The notes: generated by a model not told the origin, from the sequence alone. A stretch of DNA of 64,000 nucleotides from an uncultured Candidatus Rokubacteria bacterium (GCA_963789955.1 CAWBMV010000001.1:288001-352000), one strand, 5' to 3'; shown: positions 11,312-21,613, counted from the first letter of the stretch. Program-made: numbers and translations.

Positions 11312-11737
11312 TCAAGATTGTGGCCGGAGCCGCACGATGTACGGACGCCCGTCGGCCGCGGTGCCGTTCACTTGCAAGAGACGCGGCGGCTGCCCGGTCT
11401 GGGTGAACAGTGTAGCGGTCCCCCGGCCGCCGCGCTCGCCCCGGATCAGGAGCTTGCCGTCGGACACAGACACGGTTCCCTTGACGTCCATGACCCCGAT
11501 CGTGCGCGCCGAGGCAGCCTGGTAGGTGCCATCGCCGGCGATCGTCACCTCGACGTAGTCCTCCCGGTCTCGCGAGCCCGATATCTCGAGCAGTCCGACC
11601 CACTTGCCCGTGATGCTCGCCACATCGCTGATCGCGATCGGCCCGCCCGCTGTCGCCGACCCGCTACTCACGCAGCCGGCGAGCCCGAGCACGACCGCGA
11701 GCCCCAGCGCGCAGATGCCTGATGTGTCACAACGCAT
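11312..11737 (-). CDS. Small beta-rich lipoprotein of unknown function
   Basis: LAGC lipobox, ITGKWVG motif; ends 7 bp before the kinase start. Confidence 0.65.
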   Translation of the reverse strand: MRCDTSGICALGLAVVLGLAGCVSSGSATAGGPIAISDVASITGKWVGLLEISGSRDREDYVEVTIAGDGTYQAASARTIGVMDVKGTVSVSDGKLLIRGERGGRGTATLFTQTGQPPRLLQVNGTAADGRPYIVRLRPQS

Positions 11738-11967
11738 CGGTTCCTCCCGCGAGGGTTCATCTGGCTGAAAGCGTGATGAGTTTACCGCGTCGCGAGCGGG
11801 TCGAGGCGCGGGATCTGGACGCTGACATTCAGCATGGCTCTTGTGGTAGCCTTCCCGTGTCGTGGGTCGTGAGCGTATCCGACCAACGTCCCATTGAGTC
11901 GGCTTGCCAGGGCGTATAGGTGTAGCAGAACCATTGCAGTAGGCAGAAGAGGAGCGGAGGGCTAACC

Positions 11968-12545
11968 GTGCGCACGTTCATTGACCGTTCAATTCTCGCT
12001 TCACTGATCGTCGGGCTCCTTTTCGTGTCGGCCTGCGCGAAGCGCCCGGTGGCAGCCCCGAATCCGGTGGCGGCCCCCGCGCCCGCGCCGGCCCCGCCGC
12101 CGCCGGCGCCCGCGCCGGCCCCCGTCGCGCCGGCCCCGCCGCCGCCGGTCGTCGCCGCGCCGCCGCCGCCCGCGCCGCGTCCGGCGCCGCCGAAGGAGTA
12201 CATGGCGAACGACAATCTGAAGCCGATCCACTTCGATTTCGACAAGGCGAACATTCGTCCGGCGGACGCGAAGATCCTCGACGCCAGCGCCAAGTGGCTC
12301 GCCGCCAACCCGAATCAAATCCTCTTGATCGAGGGGCACACCGACGAGCGTGGCACCGAGCAGTACAACCTCGCGCTCGGCGATCGGCGCGCGAAGGCCG
12401 CGATGAACTATCTGGTCGCGCAGGGCGTCCAGGGCGACCGGGTGACGCATCTCGTTCGGCGAGGAACGCCCGCTGTGCAAGGAAAACAACGAAGGGTGCT
12501 GGTCTCAGAACCGTCGAGACATGTTCCTGGTCAAAGACAAAGTAA
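11968..12545 (+). CDS. pal: Peptidoglycan-associated lipoprotein (OmpA_C domain); frameshift near 12448
   Basis: VSAC lipobox, Pro/Ala linker, IHFDFDK, IEGHTDERGTEQYNLALGDRRA; continues in another frame ISFGEERP...NRRD; exact stop uncertain. Confidence 0.85.
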
Positions 12546-12551
12546 GCGGCA

Positions 12552-12595
12552 TCACCCGCGGAAACGCGCGAAGACTCGCGCGTTTCCGCGGGTGA
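12552..12595. terminator. Perfect 20-bp inverted repeat between convergent genes
   Basis: tcacccgcggaaacgcgcga-agac-tcgcgcgtttccgcgggtga; no U-tract. Confidence 0.6.
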
Positions 12596-12657
12596 CAGAC
12601 CCGTCCCCGCTCTCGCTTTCTGCTTCGATTGGAGCGTGTCGACCGCCCGGCGCGCGG

Positions 12658-13086
12658 TCAGTGGCTGTCGAGCGCGCGCCGGATGCCTGCGAGCAACGAC
12701 TCGTCGTTGAAGGGCTTGCGGAGGTAGTCGATGGCGCCGGCGCGGCGCGCACGCTCGCGCGTGGCCGCGTCGTCGTGGGCGGTAATGAAGACCACCGGGA
12801 TTCGTCGCCCCGAGGCGAGAAGCTGCTCCTGGAGGTCGAGCCCGCTGAGCCCGCCGAGGTGCACGTCGAGCACGAGACAGGCGGGCGTCGCCTTCGCCGA
12901 CTCCAGGAAATCCTCGGCCGACGAGAACGTGCACACGCGAAAGCCGCCCGCGACGAGCAAGCGGCGAAGGGCACGCAGGAGCGAGGCGTCGTCGTCGATC
13001 ACGTACACGAGGGGTGACGGCGATGCGGTCGGGCTCAGTCGGCCCGCGTGTTGTTCTCGGGTATCCGGACAATCAACTTGAGCCAC
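12658..13086 (-). CDS. Single-domain response regulator receiver (start uncertain)
   Basis: VYVIDDDASL, CLVLDVHL, VFITAHD, YLRKPF. Confidence 0.85.
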   Translation of the reverse strand: MAQVDCPDTREQHAGRLSPTASPSPLVYVIDDDASLLRALRRLLVAGGFRVCTFSSAEDFLESAKATPACLVLDVHLGGLSGLDLQEQLLASGRRIPVVFITAHDDAATRERARRAGAIDYLRKPFNDESLLAGIRRALDSH

Positions 13087-13161
13087 GTTGGTGGCTACTA
13101 TCGCCGGGCGCCCCTCTTCGCGCCAATGCGTTATTGGTCCCATACGGGCGGGCCGATCGGC

Positions 13162-16100
13162 TCAGCGAATCGGCGTGCCGTTCTGCGGGACGACGCTTTC
13201 CTCGCACGGGAGCTCGACGTGGAGTGTGAGACCGCGATCGGGGTTGGCGATGGCGCGGATCTGTCCCCCGTGCGCCTCGACGATCGATCGGCTGATGGCG
13301 AGACCCATCCCGAGGCCCCCCGGCTTCGTGCTCACGAACCGCTCGAACATCCTCGCGAGATCGGACCCCTTCGCGCCGGTGCCGCTGTCGCGTACCGCGA
13401 CCTCGACCCGACCCGGCGTCCGGTACCGGGTCGTGATCGTGACCTCGCGCTTGCCGCCGTCGGTCAGCGCGATCGCCTCGCTCGCGTTGACGAGCAGGTT
13501 CAGGACGACCTGCTGGAGCTGGACCGGATCGCCCGAGACCGTCGGCACGACCGGATCGAAGGCGCGGAGGACCATGATCTGCTTGCGCACGAAGTCGTGG
13601 CGGAGCAGGCTCACGACGTCGTCGATCAGAACGTTGAGATCGAGGCCCGCCTGCGGGGCGTGCTCCTTGCGTGACAGGGCGCGGAGACGCTGGATGATCG
13701 CCGAGGCCCTCCGGGCGTCGGCCGCTATGTCGGTCAGGGCTTCGGACACGTCGGTGTGCGCGACGCCCTGCCGATTGAGCAGGCGAACCGCCGCCTGGGC
13801 GTTGGTCACGATGGCGGCCAGCGGCTGATTGATCTCGTGGGCGAGCGAAGCGCTCAGCTCGCCGAGCGTGGTGACGCGCTGCGCATGCGCGAGCTCCTCC
13901 CGCTGTCGTCGGGCCTCCTCCTCAGCAAGGTGTCTTCGGGTGATGTCGATGTAGGAGATGACGGCCCCGCCCTCGGGGCGCCGGAAGGGCTCGACGGCCA
14001 TCTCGAACCAGCGCTCACCGTCCCGCGAGCGGCAGGCGTACTCGAACACGTGGTCCTTGTCGCCCTTGAGCACCGCGGTGACGGCCTCGTACGCGCGGAA
14101 CGCATCCGCGTCGCCGGCGGCGGCGGTCTCGCGCCAGACCTCGAGACAGTTGGCGCCAACCGCGAGGCCGCGGGTCGGGTCAGGGCTGTTCTCGGCGAAC
14201 CGCGTCCACGAGTGGTTGACGGCGATGATGACCCCGTCGGAGTCGATCGCCGCGACCTGCCCGTACAGCGAGCCGAAGATGGCGCTCCGGAGCGCGTTGC
14301 TCTCGAGGACCGCCTGGAGCGCGGTGTTCAGCGCGGTGATATCGATGACCGACCCGACATACCCGACGAAGACGCCGTCCTCGTCGATCCGGGGGACCCC
14401 GTGATCGAGAATCCACCGGTCCTCGCCGTCCAGCCGCCGCAACCGGTAGTCGATCGTGAAGGACCGCCGCTCGGCGACCGCCTGCTCGTACGTCTCGTGG
14501 AGGGCCTTGTGGTCGTCGGGGTTCACGCTGTCTATCCAGCTGTCGGCCAGATCTTCGTCGGCGCTCCGGCCCGTCAGGTCGAGCCAGCGCCGATTGAAGT
14601 ACGTGCGCCGGCCAGCCGGATCGGACATCCAGATCATCAGCGGCGCCGTCTCGGCCAGCAGCCGGAACCGGTCCTCGCTCTCGCGCGCCGCGCTCGCGGC
14701 CTTGTGCCGGGCGAGCGCATTGGCGAAGATCTCGGCCAGCAGCCGCAGCCGCTGTGCCAGCTCGTCGGACCACTCGCGCTCCTCTGAGATCGAGCTGAAC
14801 GCGAGCGCGCCGCCGACGACGCCGTCGATGATGAGCGGCACCGCCACGAGCGACCGGGTGCCCATCGCGATGAGACTGGCTCGGTCAGTCTCGGCCTCGG
14901 CGGGAAGGTCGTCGACCCGCCCCAGGGCCACAATGTGGCCCGCCTGCACGCGTGACCCCACCCACGGGTACGCTCGCTTGACGACCGGTCTTGGAAGAGC
15001 GTTGACCCCTGAGCGCGTCCACGAATGCGTGACTTCCATCTCGTCGGGGCGCCGGTTATCGCGCTCGACGAGGACCGCGCGGTCCAGGCGCAGCTCATCC
15101 ACGATGCGCTCGAGTGCTTTCTCGATCTGTCCGGGCGCGTCGCGCGCGGGCAAGGTGATGAAGGCGGCCGAAAGCTCGGAGACGAGCGTCTCGAAGCGCA
15201 GGCGCTCGGCGAGGGCTCGCTGGGCCCGCCGCCGCTGCCGCCGGTTCACCAGCAAGCCGACGATGAGGGCGCCCTGGAGCGCCACCACGGCCACCCCGCC
15301 CAGCACGGGCCACTTGTAGAGCTCCCACGGCGCCGGCTGCCGGAAGCGCACCTCGCTCCCGGCCGGCAGGCGCGTCTCGTCGAGTCCCCACCGCCGGAGC
15401 TGCCGCCAGTCGAACACGTACGTGTTCGCCGCACCATCGAGAGGACCGGGCCGGGCGCCATTGAGTACGCTGGCGGCGAGGTCGCCGGCCCGTGCGCCTT
15501 GCGTGGTGAAGCTCACGACGTGACCGCCGACGATCCCAGCGCCGACATACGTGTCGCCCGGTCCGTACACCGGGACACTTGAGCGCGCGGCGACGCGCCG
15601 GACGACTTCTGCTGCGATAAGATTCTGGCCGGTCGAATCGCGGGTGAACGCGCCGAACAGCACGATCGTGCCCTGCGAGAGCGCGGCCACGCGCTGCAGG
15701 ACCTGGTCGACCGCGAGATCGGTCACGTACTCGATGGCCACCCCCCTATAGCGGTCGACGTCGAGCTGACGGCGGGCGGCCGCCTGCCACACCCGGTCGA
15801 TCGCGGAGGTTCCCGTGATCACGACCACGCGGCGTGTGCCGGGCTGAAGACGAAGCGCGGCCTCGAGGGTCCCCGCCCAATCGGTGTTCAGCCAGATGCC
15901 GGTGACATCGTCGTCGAGCTTGAGATCGCCGAGGGCAGCGCGGTCGACGCTGCTGAACACGATGGGGGCGCCCGGAAAGAGATCGGCGCGATTCTGGACC
16001 GCGAACCGCACCGCGCGACTGGAGAACGCGGCGACCAGGTCGAGCTTGACGCCGACATACTTGTGCTTCAGCAGCGCGCGGAGCTCGGGCCGCGGCTCGT

Positions 16101-16395
16101 CACCGCGGAACAGCGTGAGATCGAGATACTCGGTGTAGAAGAACACGGGCGCCGACAGCCGCGACGACAGGGTCGATCGAAACGCCTCGTCGATCGCGAT
16201 CTGGGCGGGTGTCAGCCGCGGGGACGCAAACAGCAACAGCACGTTATAGGAGGCGCGACTGGCCGGCGGCGGATCGGCGGTCGCCGTCGGCGGCGTCACC
16301 AGCAGGGCGAGCAGCAGTGCCGCCGACGCGAGTGCGGCGCGGGGGACTCCGCGGGAGGACCGTCCTGACCAGGAGCAATTGGACGAGCGATTCAT
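13162..16395 (-). CDS. Sensor histidine kinase: periplasmic ABC-substrate-binding-like domain, TM, GAF, PAS, HisKA/HATPase
   Basis: Signal/TM; FYTEYLD, GIVGG, FDWRQLRRWG periplasmic motifs; AHEINQPL; GLGMGLAISRSIVEAHGG. Confidence 0.9.
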   Translation of the reverse strand: MNRSSNCSWSGRSSRGVPRAALASAALLLALLVTPPTATADPPPASRASYNVLLLFASPRLTPAQIAIDEAFRSTLSSRLSAPVFFYTEYLDLTLFRGDEPRPELRALLKHKYVGVKLDLVAAFSSRAVRFAVQNRADLFPGAPIVFSSVDRAALGDLKLDDDVTGIWLNTDWAGTLEAALRLQPGTRRVVVITGTSAIDRVWQAAARRQLDVDRYRGVAIEYVTDLAVDQVLQRVAALSQGTIVLFGAFTRDSTGQNLIAAEVVRRVAARSSVPVYGPGDTYVGAGIVGGHVVSFTTQGARAGDLAASVLNGARPGPLDGAANTYVFDWRQLRRWGLDETRLPAGSEVRFRQPAPWELYKWPVLGGVAVVALQGALIVGLLVNRRQRRRAQRALAERLRFETLVSELSAAFITLPARDAPGQIEKALERIVDELRLDRAVLVERDNRRPDEMEVTHSWTRSGVNALPRPVVKRAYPWVGSRVQAGHIVALGRVDDLPAEAETDRASLIAMGTRSLVAVPLIIDGVVGGALAFSSISEEREWSDELAQRLRLLAEIFANALARHKAASAARESEDRFRLLAETAPLMIWMSDPAGRRTYFNRRWLDLTGRSADEDLADSWIDSVNPDDHKALHETYEQAVAERRSFTIDYRLRRLDGEDRWILDHGVPRIDEDGVFVGYVGSVIDITALNTALQAVLESNALRSAIFGSLYGQVAAIDSDGVIIAVNHSWTRFAENSPDPTRGLAVGANCLEVWRETAAAGDADAFRAYEAVTAVLKGDKDHVFEYACRSRDGERWFEMAVEPFRRPEGGAVISYIDITRRHLAEEEARRQREELAHAQRVTTLGELSASLAHEINQPLAAIVTNAQAAVRLLNRQGVAHTDVSEALTDIAADARRASAIIQRLRALSRKEHAPQAGLDLNVLIDDVVSLLRHDFVRKQIMVLRAFDPVVPTVSGDPVQLQQVVLNLLVNASEAIALTDGGKREVTITTRYRTPGRVEVAVRDSGTGAKGSDLARMFERFVSTKPGGLGMGLAISRSIVEAHGGQIRAIANPDRGLTLHVELPCEESVVPQNGTPIR

Positions 16396-16587
16396 CTCGC
16401 TCCTCTGCCGTCCACGGGTCACCGCAGTGGCCCGTCGACCCGGACGAAGCTCGTCACGTTCGACCGGAGCCGGTTCGGATCGGAGCCCGTATGGTACACG
16501 ACCTCGGCCGGCTGCGCTCCGCGACTGACTCGATCCGGCCGCCAGGCTCTCGAAGCACCGGCTGGCGAGGGTGCGTGCGCAGCCGCC

Positions 16588-16965
16588 CTACCTCGAGCGG
16601 CGGAGGCTGACGGGAAGGCCGGCGAAGACCTGGCCGCTCATCGTGTCTTGTTTGACCGTGAGCTCACCGAGCGCCACGCGCTCCAAGGATAGGATCAGCA
16701 GCTCGCCCTCGATCGACCCCGTGACGCCCCCGGTCAGCCCAGACCGACCCCCCACGCTCATGTCGCCGGTCACGGTCGTCCCGGTTTGCGTCAGGGTCAT
16801 CGTGACGGGCATGAACGTTTCTCCAGTCCTGGCGCTTCCCGTCCACACGCCGGACACGTTGGCCGTCGGCGCATTGGCCGCCGGCCTCTGTGCTTGCGGC
16901 GCGGTCCCGCAACCAGCCAGGACACCGCACAGCGCCAGGAACACGAACGTGAGCCTCATGGGCAC
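16588..16965 (-). CDS. Small beta-rich lipoprotein of unknown function
   Basis: LAGC lipobox, VSGVWTG motif, MTLTQTGTTVTG. Confidence 0.65.
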   Translation of the reverse strand: MPMRLTFVFLALCGVLAGCGTAPQAQRPAANAPTANVSGVWTGSARTGETFMPVTMTLTQTGTTVTGDMSVGGRSGLTGGVTGSIEGELLILSLERVALGELTVKQDTMSGQVFAGLPVSLRRSR

Positions 16966-17031
16966 GCCTCCATCCCCAGGTAACAGGTCGGGGGGCCGGC
17001 GTCCTACTGGACCTTCGTCGCAGCGCGCCGG

Positions 17032-17558
17032 CTAGTTCAGCTTCTCGATGTCCGGCAGCATCCCTCCTCGGCGTTCAGGTGGTAGAGGTTCCCGAAGAAC
17101 TCGTCGAACCCATGGTTGGTCGGCAGGAACTCGTTCCGGTCCCCGAGGTGGTTCTTGCCGAACTGACCGGTGGCATAGCCCATGGGCTTCAGCGCCTGAG
17201 CGATCGTGATGTCGCGGGGCTGGAGTCCGACGGGAGCACAGGGGATGCCCACCTTCGACAGACCGGTCCGCTTGGGCGTCTGACCGGTGATGAAGGACGA
17301 GCGGCCGGCGGTGCAGCTGTTCTCGGCGTAGTAGTCGGTGAACATCACGCCTTCCCGCGCGATGCGGTCGATGTTCGGCGTCTTGTAGCCCACCACGCCG
17401 TGGGCGTAGGCGCTGATGTTGGTCTGCCCGACGTCGTCGCCGAAGATCACGAGGATGTTCGGCTTCTTCTGCGCCACCGCGGGGGACGCGACGCTGGCGA
17501 GCGCCAATGCGACGATCGCCGGAACAATGGTCCTGGTCAGGAGGGCCCGCTTTCTCAT
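17032..17558 (-). pseudogene. Arylsulfatase, N-terminal fragment only
   Basis: [18 protein letters not shown] (formylglycine motif), [14 protein letters not shown]; similarity stops abruptly after LYHLNAEE at about 17075. Confidence 0.85.
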
Positions 17559-17863
17559 TCCGTTTCTCCTCAGTGTCCTCGACACCGCGAACGAAGCACT
17601 CGAACGCAAAGATCCTCTTCCAGCCACGACCCTTCGCCTCGTGGACGAGGCCCATGAACCGCCGCCTTCGCCGGCTGCCGTCCACTGGAGCATCTGCTGG
17701 TCGAGATGAACCGACTACTAGACCTTTGGTCTATGAAATGTATGGACCGATGCCGCGCCGATGGCATCGGTCGAATCGTCAAGTCCGCTTGCTTCGGCGC
17801 CGTCGCGACCGTACAGTGCGGTCGGACTGAGCCGGCCTCGTGAGAAGCAACAATTCGAACCGC

Positions 17864-20218
17864 ATGCCAACAACCGCACTCGTCGCCGCCGGCGTGGTCC
17901 TCCTCGCGGCTGGCGCCCTGCTCGGCTGGCACTACTTCGGGACCTGGCCTCTCGGCCTGCTTGGCTCGTCACGAACCAGCCGCGACGAGCCCGCCGCAAC
18001 CTACGTCGGTGCTCAGGCGTGCGCCCGCTGCCACGCGAAGGAGCATGCGGCGTGGATGGGTTCGGATCACGCGCGGGCGATGCAGGTCGCAAGCGAGGCG
18101 ACCGTGCTCGGCGACTTCGCCGACCGCCGGTTCGCGTACGGCGCCGTCACCTCGACCTTTTCCCGGCGCGCCGGCCGATACATGGTCCAGACGGATGGAC
18201 CGGACGGCAAGCCGGCCGAGTTCGAGATCAAGTACACGTTCGGCGTGCGGCCGCTGCAGCAATATCTGATCGAGCTGCCCGGCGGCCGCCTGCAGGCGCT
18301 CTCCATCGCGTGGGATGCGCGCCCGCGTGAGTCCGGCGGCCAGCGCTGGTTTCATCTCTATCCAAAGGAGAAGATCGACTACCGCGACGAGCTCCACTGG
18401 ACCCGCCGGCAGCAGAACTGGAACTACATGTGCGCGGACTGTCATTCGACGAACGTCCGCAAGAACTACGACGCCGCGGCGGATCGCTACGCGACCACGT
18501 GGTCCGAGATCAACGTGGCGTGCGAGGCGTGCCACGGCCCAGGCTCTCGCCACGTGGCCTGGGCTGACGCGGCACGACCCGGCCAGACATACGACGCGAG
18601 CGACCGCAAGGGACTGACGGCGGTGCTGCGCGAACGCCGCGGCGTGCAGTGGGCCATCGACCCGAGCTCGGGCAACGCCAAGCGGAGTACGCCGCGCGCC
18701 ACGGCCGTCGAGGTGGGCGTGTGCGCCCAGTGTCACGCACGGCGGAGCCAGATCTCGTCCGACTACGTGGCCGGTCGGCCGTTTCTCGATCACTACCTGC
18801 CGGCCGTGCTCACGCCGCCGCTCTACTGGTCCGACGGGCAGCAACGCGACGAGGTCTACACGTGGGGTTCCTTCCTCGAGAGCCGGATGCACGCCGCCGG
18901 GGTCACGTGTAGCGACTGTCACGAGCCGCACAGCCAGAAGCTCCGCGCGCCCGGCAATCAGGTCTGCGCCCAGTGCCACGCGCCGGCGAAGTACGACGCG
19001 GCGACGCATCACTTTCACCGTGCCGGCGGCCCGGGTGCCGAGTGCGCCGGCTGCCACATGCCGGTGACGCGCTACATGCTCATCGATCCGCGCCACGACC
19101 ACAGCTTGCGGGTGCCGCGCCCGGACCAGTCGGCCGCGCTCGGCGTGCCGAACGCGTGCACGCGCTGCCACGCCGATCGCAAGCCCGACTGGGCGGTCGC
19201 CAGGATGCAGACCTGGTACGGCCACACCGCAGCCGGCTATCAGCGATTCGCCGAGGCGTTCCACGCGGCGGAAACGGGTGCGGACGCTGCGGCCCGGCAA
19301 CTGGCCGCGATTGCCCGCGACCCGCTTCAACCCGCGATCGTCCGCGCGTCGGCGCTGGTGCAGATGGCGCGCGACCTCGGGCGCTCGCCGTCGGGCGTGG
19401 ACGCGGTGAAGCAGGCTCTGGGCGAGGCGGATCCGCTGGTGCGACGTGCCGCCGTGACGGCGGTCGAATCGCTGCCGCCCGACCAGCGGAGCACGCTGGC
19501 CACGCCGCTCCTGAGTGACCCGGCGCGACTCGTCCGGATCGAAGCGGCGCGCGTGCTGGCCCCGGTCCGGCCCGAGACACTCGACCAGGCCTCTCGCGCC
19601 GCCTACGAGCGAGCCGCCGCCGAGTTCATCGCGGTGCAGCGCACGAACGACGACCGGCCGGAGTCGCGGACCAACCTCGGCACCTACTTCGCCGCCCGCG
19701 GCCGGGTGGCCGCGGCGGAGACCGAGATGCGCGCGGCGCTCGCGCTGGATCCGACGTTCGTGCCCGCGTACGTGAATCTGGCCGACATCTATCGGGCCGA
19801 GCAGCGCGAGCCCGACGTCCGCCGCGTGCTCGCGGAAGGATTGACGGCCGTGCCGGACGACGCCTCGCTGCACTACGCGTTGGGGCTGGCCCTCGTGCGG
19901 GCGCAGCGAACGGCCGAAGGATTGATGCACATCGAGCGTGCGGCCGTGCGCGCGCCCGACAACGCGCGCTTCGTGTATACGTACGCCGTCAGTCTGTACT
20001 CGACCGGTAAGGCGCGGGAGGCCATCGCCGTGCTGGAGAAGGCGCTCCAGCGGCGCCCGAACGACCGCGACGTGCTGGTCGCGCTGGTCACGTTCAACCG
20101 CGACCAGGGCGCGAGCGAGCAGGCTCTTCGCTACGCCGAGCGCATGGCCGCGCAGTACCCCGACGACCCCGAGGCGCAACGGCTCGTCGCGCAGCTCCGC
20201 GCACGATCCCCCCGCTGA
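17864..20218 (+). CDS. Multiheme cytochrome c with C-terminal HEAT/TPR repeats
   Basis: 8 CxxCH motifs (CARCH, CADCH, CEACH, CAQCH, CSDCH, CAQCH, CAGCH, CTRCH); N-terminal TM; TPR-like helices. Confidence 0.9.
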   Translation: MPTTALVAAGVVLLAAGALLGWHYFGTWPLGLLGSSRTSRDEPAATYVGAQACARCHAKEHAAWMGSDHARAMQVASEATVLGDFADRRFAYGAVTSTFSRRAGRYMVQTDGPDGKPAEFEIKYTFGVRPLQQYLIELPGGRLQALSIAWDARPRESGGQRWFHLYPKEKIDYRDELHWTRRQQNWNYMCADCHSTNVRKNYDAAADRYATTWSEINVACEACHGPGSRHVAWADAARPGQTYDASDRKGLTAVLRERRGVQWAIDPSSGNAKRSTPRATAVEVGVCAQCHARRSQISSDYVAGRPFLDHYLPAVLTPPLYWSDGQQRDEVYTWGSFLESRMHAAGVTCSDCHEPHSQKLRAPGNQVCAQCHAPAKYDAATHHFHRAGGPGAECAGCHMPVTRYMLIDPRHDHSLRVPRPDQSAALGVPNACTRCHADRKPDWAVARMQTWYGHTAAGYQRFAEAFHAAETGADAAARQLAAIARDPLQPAIVRASALVQMARDLGRSPSGVDAVKQALGEADPLVRRAAVTAVESLPPDQRSTLATPLLSDPARLVRIEAARVLAPVRPETLDQASRAAYERAAAEFIAVQRTNDDRPESRTNLGTYFAARGRVAAAETEMRAALALDPTFVPAYVNLADIYRAEQREPDVRRVLAEGLTAVPDDASLHYALGLALVRAQRTAEGLMHIERAAVRAPDNARFVYTYAVSLYSTGKAREAIAVLEKALQRRPNDRDVLVALVTFNRDQGASEQALRYAERMAAQYPDDPEAQRLVAQLRARSPR

Positions 20219-20346
20219 CGCCGACAGCCGATCAACTGGACCTTCGTCCAGGCTGCCGAGCGCCGAATCGGGCCTTAGGTCATTGGTCCGATTGACGAGC
20301 CGGCTCAGTCTGTCTATTGTCCCGCGCGCCCCTGGGAGGTGCCCAC

Positions 20347-20996
20347 ATGACGGGTCGATCACTGCGGTTGCTCGCGTGCCCGCTCACGCTATCACTGGTC
20401 GTGGCTGGTCGGGCCGCGGCCGATGAGATTCTGTTTCTCAACGGCGACAGGCTCAGCGGCAAGATCGTCAGCGCCGATGGTGGCAAGCTCACGATCAAGA
20501 GCGAGACCGCCGGTGAGGTCATCGTGGATCTGGCGAAGGTGAAGACCTTCTCGACCGACGAGCCCATTGTGATCAAGACCGGCGACACCACGCTCAGCTC
20601 GAAGGTCACCGGCGGGGCCGACGGCACCGTGCAGGTCGTGCCCGTCGGCGGCGGGAGTCCACAGGTGATCGCGCTCAAGGACGTGGCGAAGATCAATCCG
20701 CCGCCGGTCACGTGGACCGGGTCGGTGGTGGGCAACGCGCTGATCACCACCGGCAACTCCGAGACCGAGAGTTTCGGCGCAAGACCGTCAAGCTCTTCAA
20801 CAACGTCGAGTGGCTGCCGAACATCACCGACTGGTTCGGCGACTACAATTTGAACGCGGACGTCGGCGCGCGGGCGACCATCTACGAGGGCCTCTTCGCC
20901 GAGGCCAAGATCGAGCTCCGCTACGACTCGACTCCGGCACCCGGAGCGAAGAAGGAAGATGTACGCTATCTCCTCGGCGTCGGCTGGTCATTCTGA
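20347..20996 (+). pseudogene. DUF481/YdiY-like outer-membrane beta-barrel with internal deletion and frameshift near 20780
   Basis: ADEILFLNGDRLSGKI N-domain, WTGSV...GNSET barrel start, then C-terminal YDSTPAPG...LGVGWSF in another frame; barrel far too short. Confidence 0.7.
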
Positions 20997-21028
20997 CCGA
21001 TGGCACACCCGTACTCGGAGGATGCTCG

Positions 21029-21613
21029 ATGAAGACCTTGATCGCGGTGCTCGCCGTGGCCGCGGTGGTCACGGCGCAGGCCTGCACGTCCACCCAGACG
21101 CCGAGCGCCGAGGAGGGGCCGGCCGTCGGAGTCGTCGGCGAGGCCGGCATGGTGACGGTCCGCGGATGGATCGACGCCGTCGACAAGACCAACCGGACCG
21201 TGACGTTGAAGGGACCCCGGGGCGGCACGGTGACGCTCGACGTGAAGGACCCGAAGAAGCTCGACACGGTCGCGGTCGGCGATCCGGTCGTCGCCGCGTT
21301 CATCGAGGCGCTGGCCCTTCAGGTCAAGAAGGTCCCCGGCGCGACGCTGGGCGTGAGTGTGACGGAAGCTCGGATGACATCCAAGCCCGGAGAAACTCCG
21401 GCCGGCGCCGTCGGCCGGGAGGTCGTCGTGACCGCAACGATCACCGCGATAGACCGAAAGGCGCAGACCGTGACCATCAAAGGCCCTCGCGGCAATATGG
21501 AGACCATCAAGGTGAAAGACGCGACGAACCTCACGGGAGTCGAGGCCGGTGACGTGGCCGAATTGACGTACACCCAGGCGCTGGCGGTCACGCTCGACCG
21601 GGCCGGCCTGTGA
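21029..21613 (+). CDS. Lipoprotein with tandem OB-fold-like repeats
   Basis: AQAC lipobox; paralogue of 6880-7506 (shared SKPGETPAGA linker). Confidence 0.75.
   Translation: MKTLIAVLAVAAVVTAQACTSTQTPSAEEGPAVGVVGEAGMVTVRGWIDAVDKTNRTVTLKGPRGGTVTLDVKDPKKLDTVAVGDPVVAAFIEALALQVKKVPGATLGVSVTEARMTSKPGETPAGAVGREVVVTATITAIDRKAQTVTIKGPRGNMETIKVKDATNLTGVEAGDVAELTYTQALAVTLDRAGL

Noticed and set aside
12050..12195. GC-rich short tandem repeats
   Set aside because: They encode the Pro/Ala linker of Pal; not a CRISPR or VNTR system
17969..20362. Long antisense ORFs (also 49501-51690, 55751-58864, 22238-24415)
   Set aside because: Shadow ORFs expected at high GC; no motifs, and they lie opposite well-supported genes
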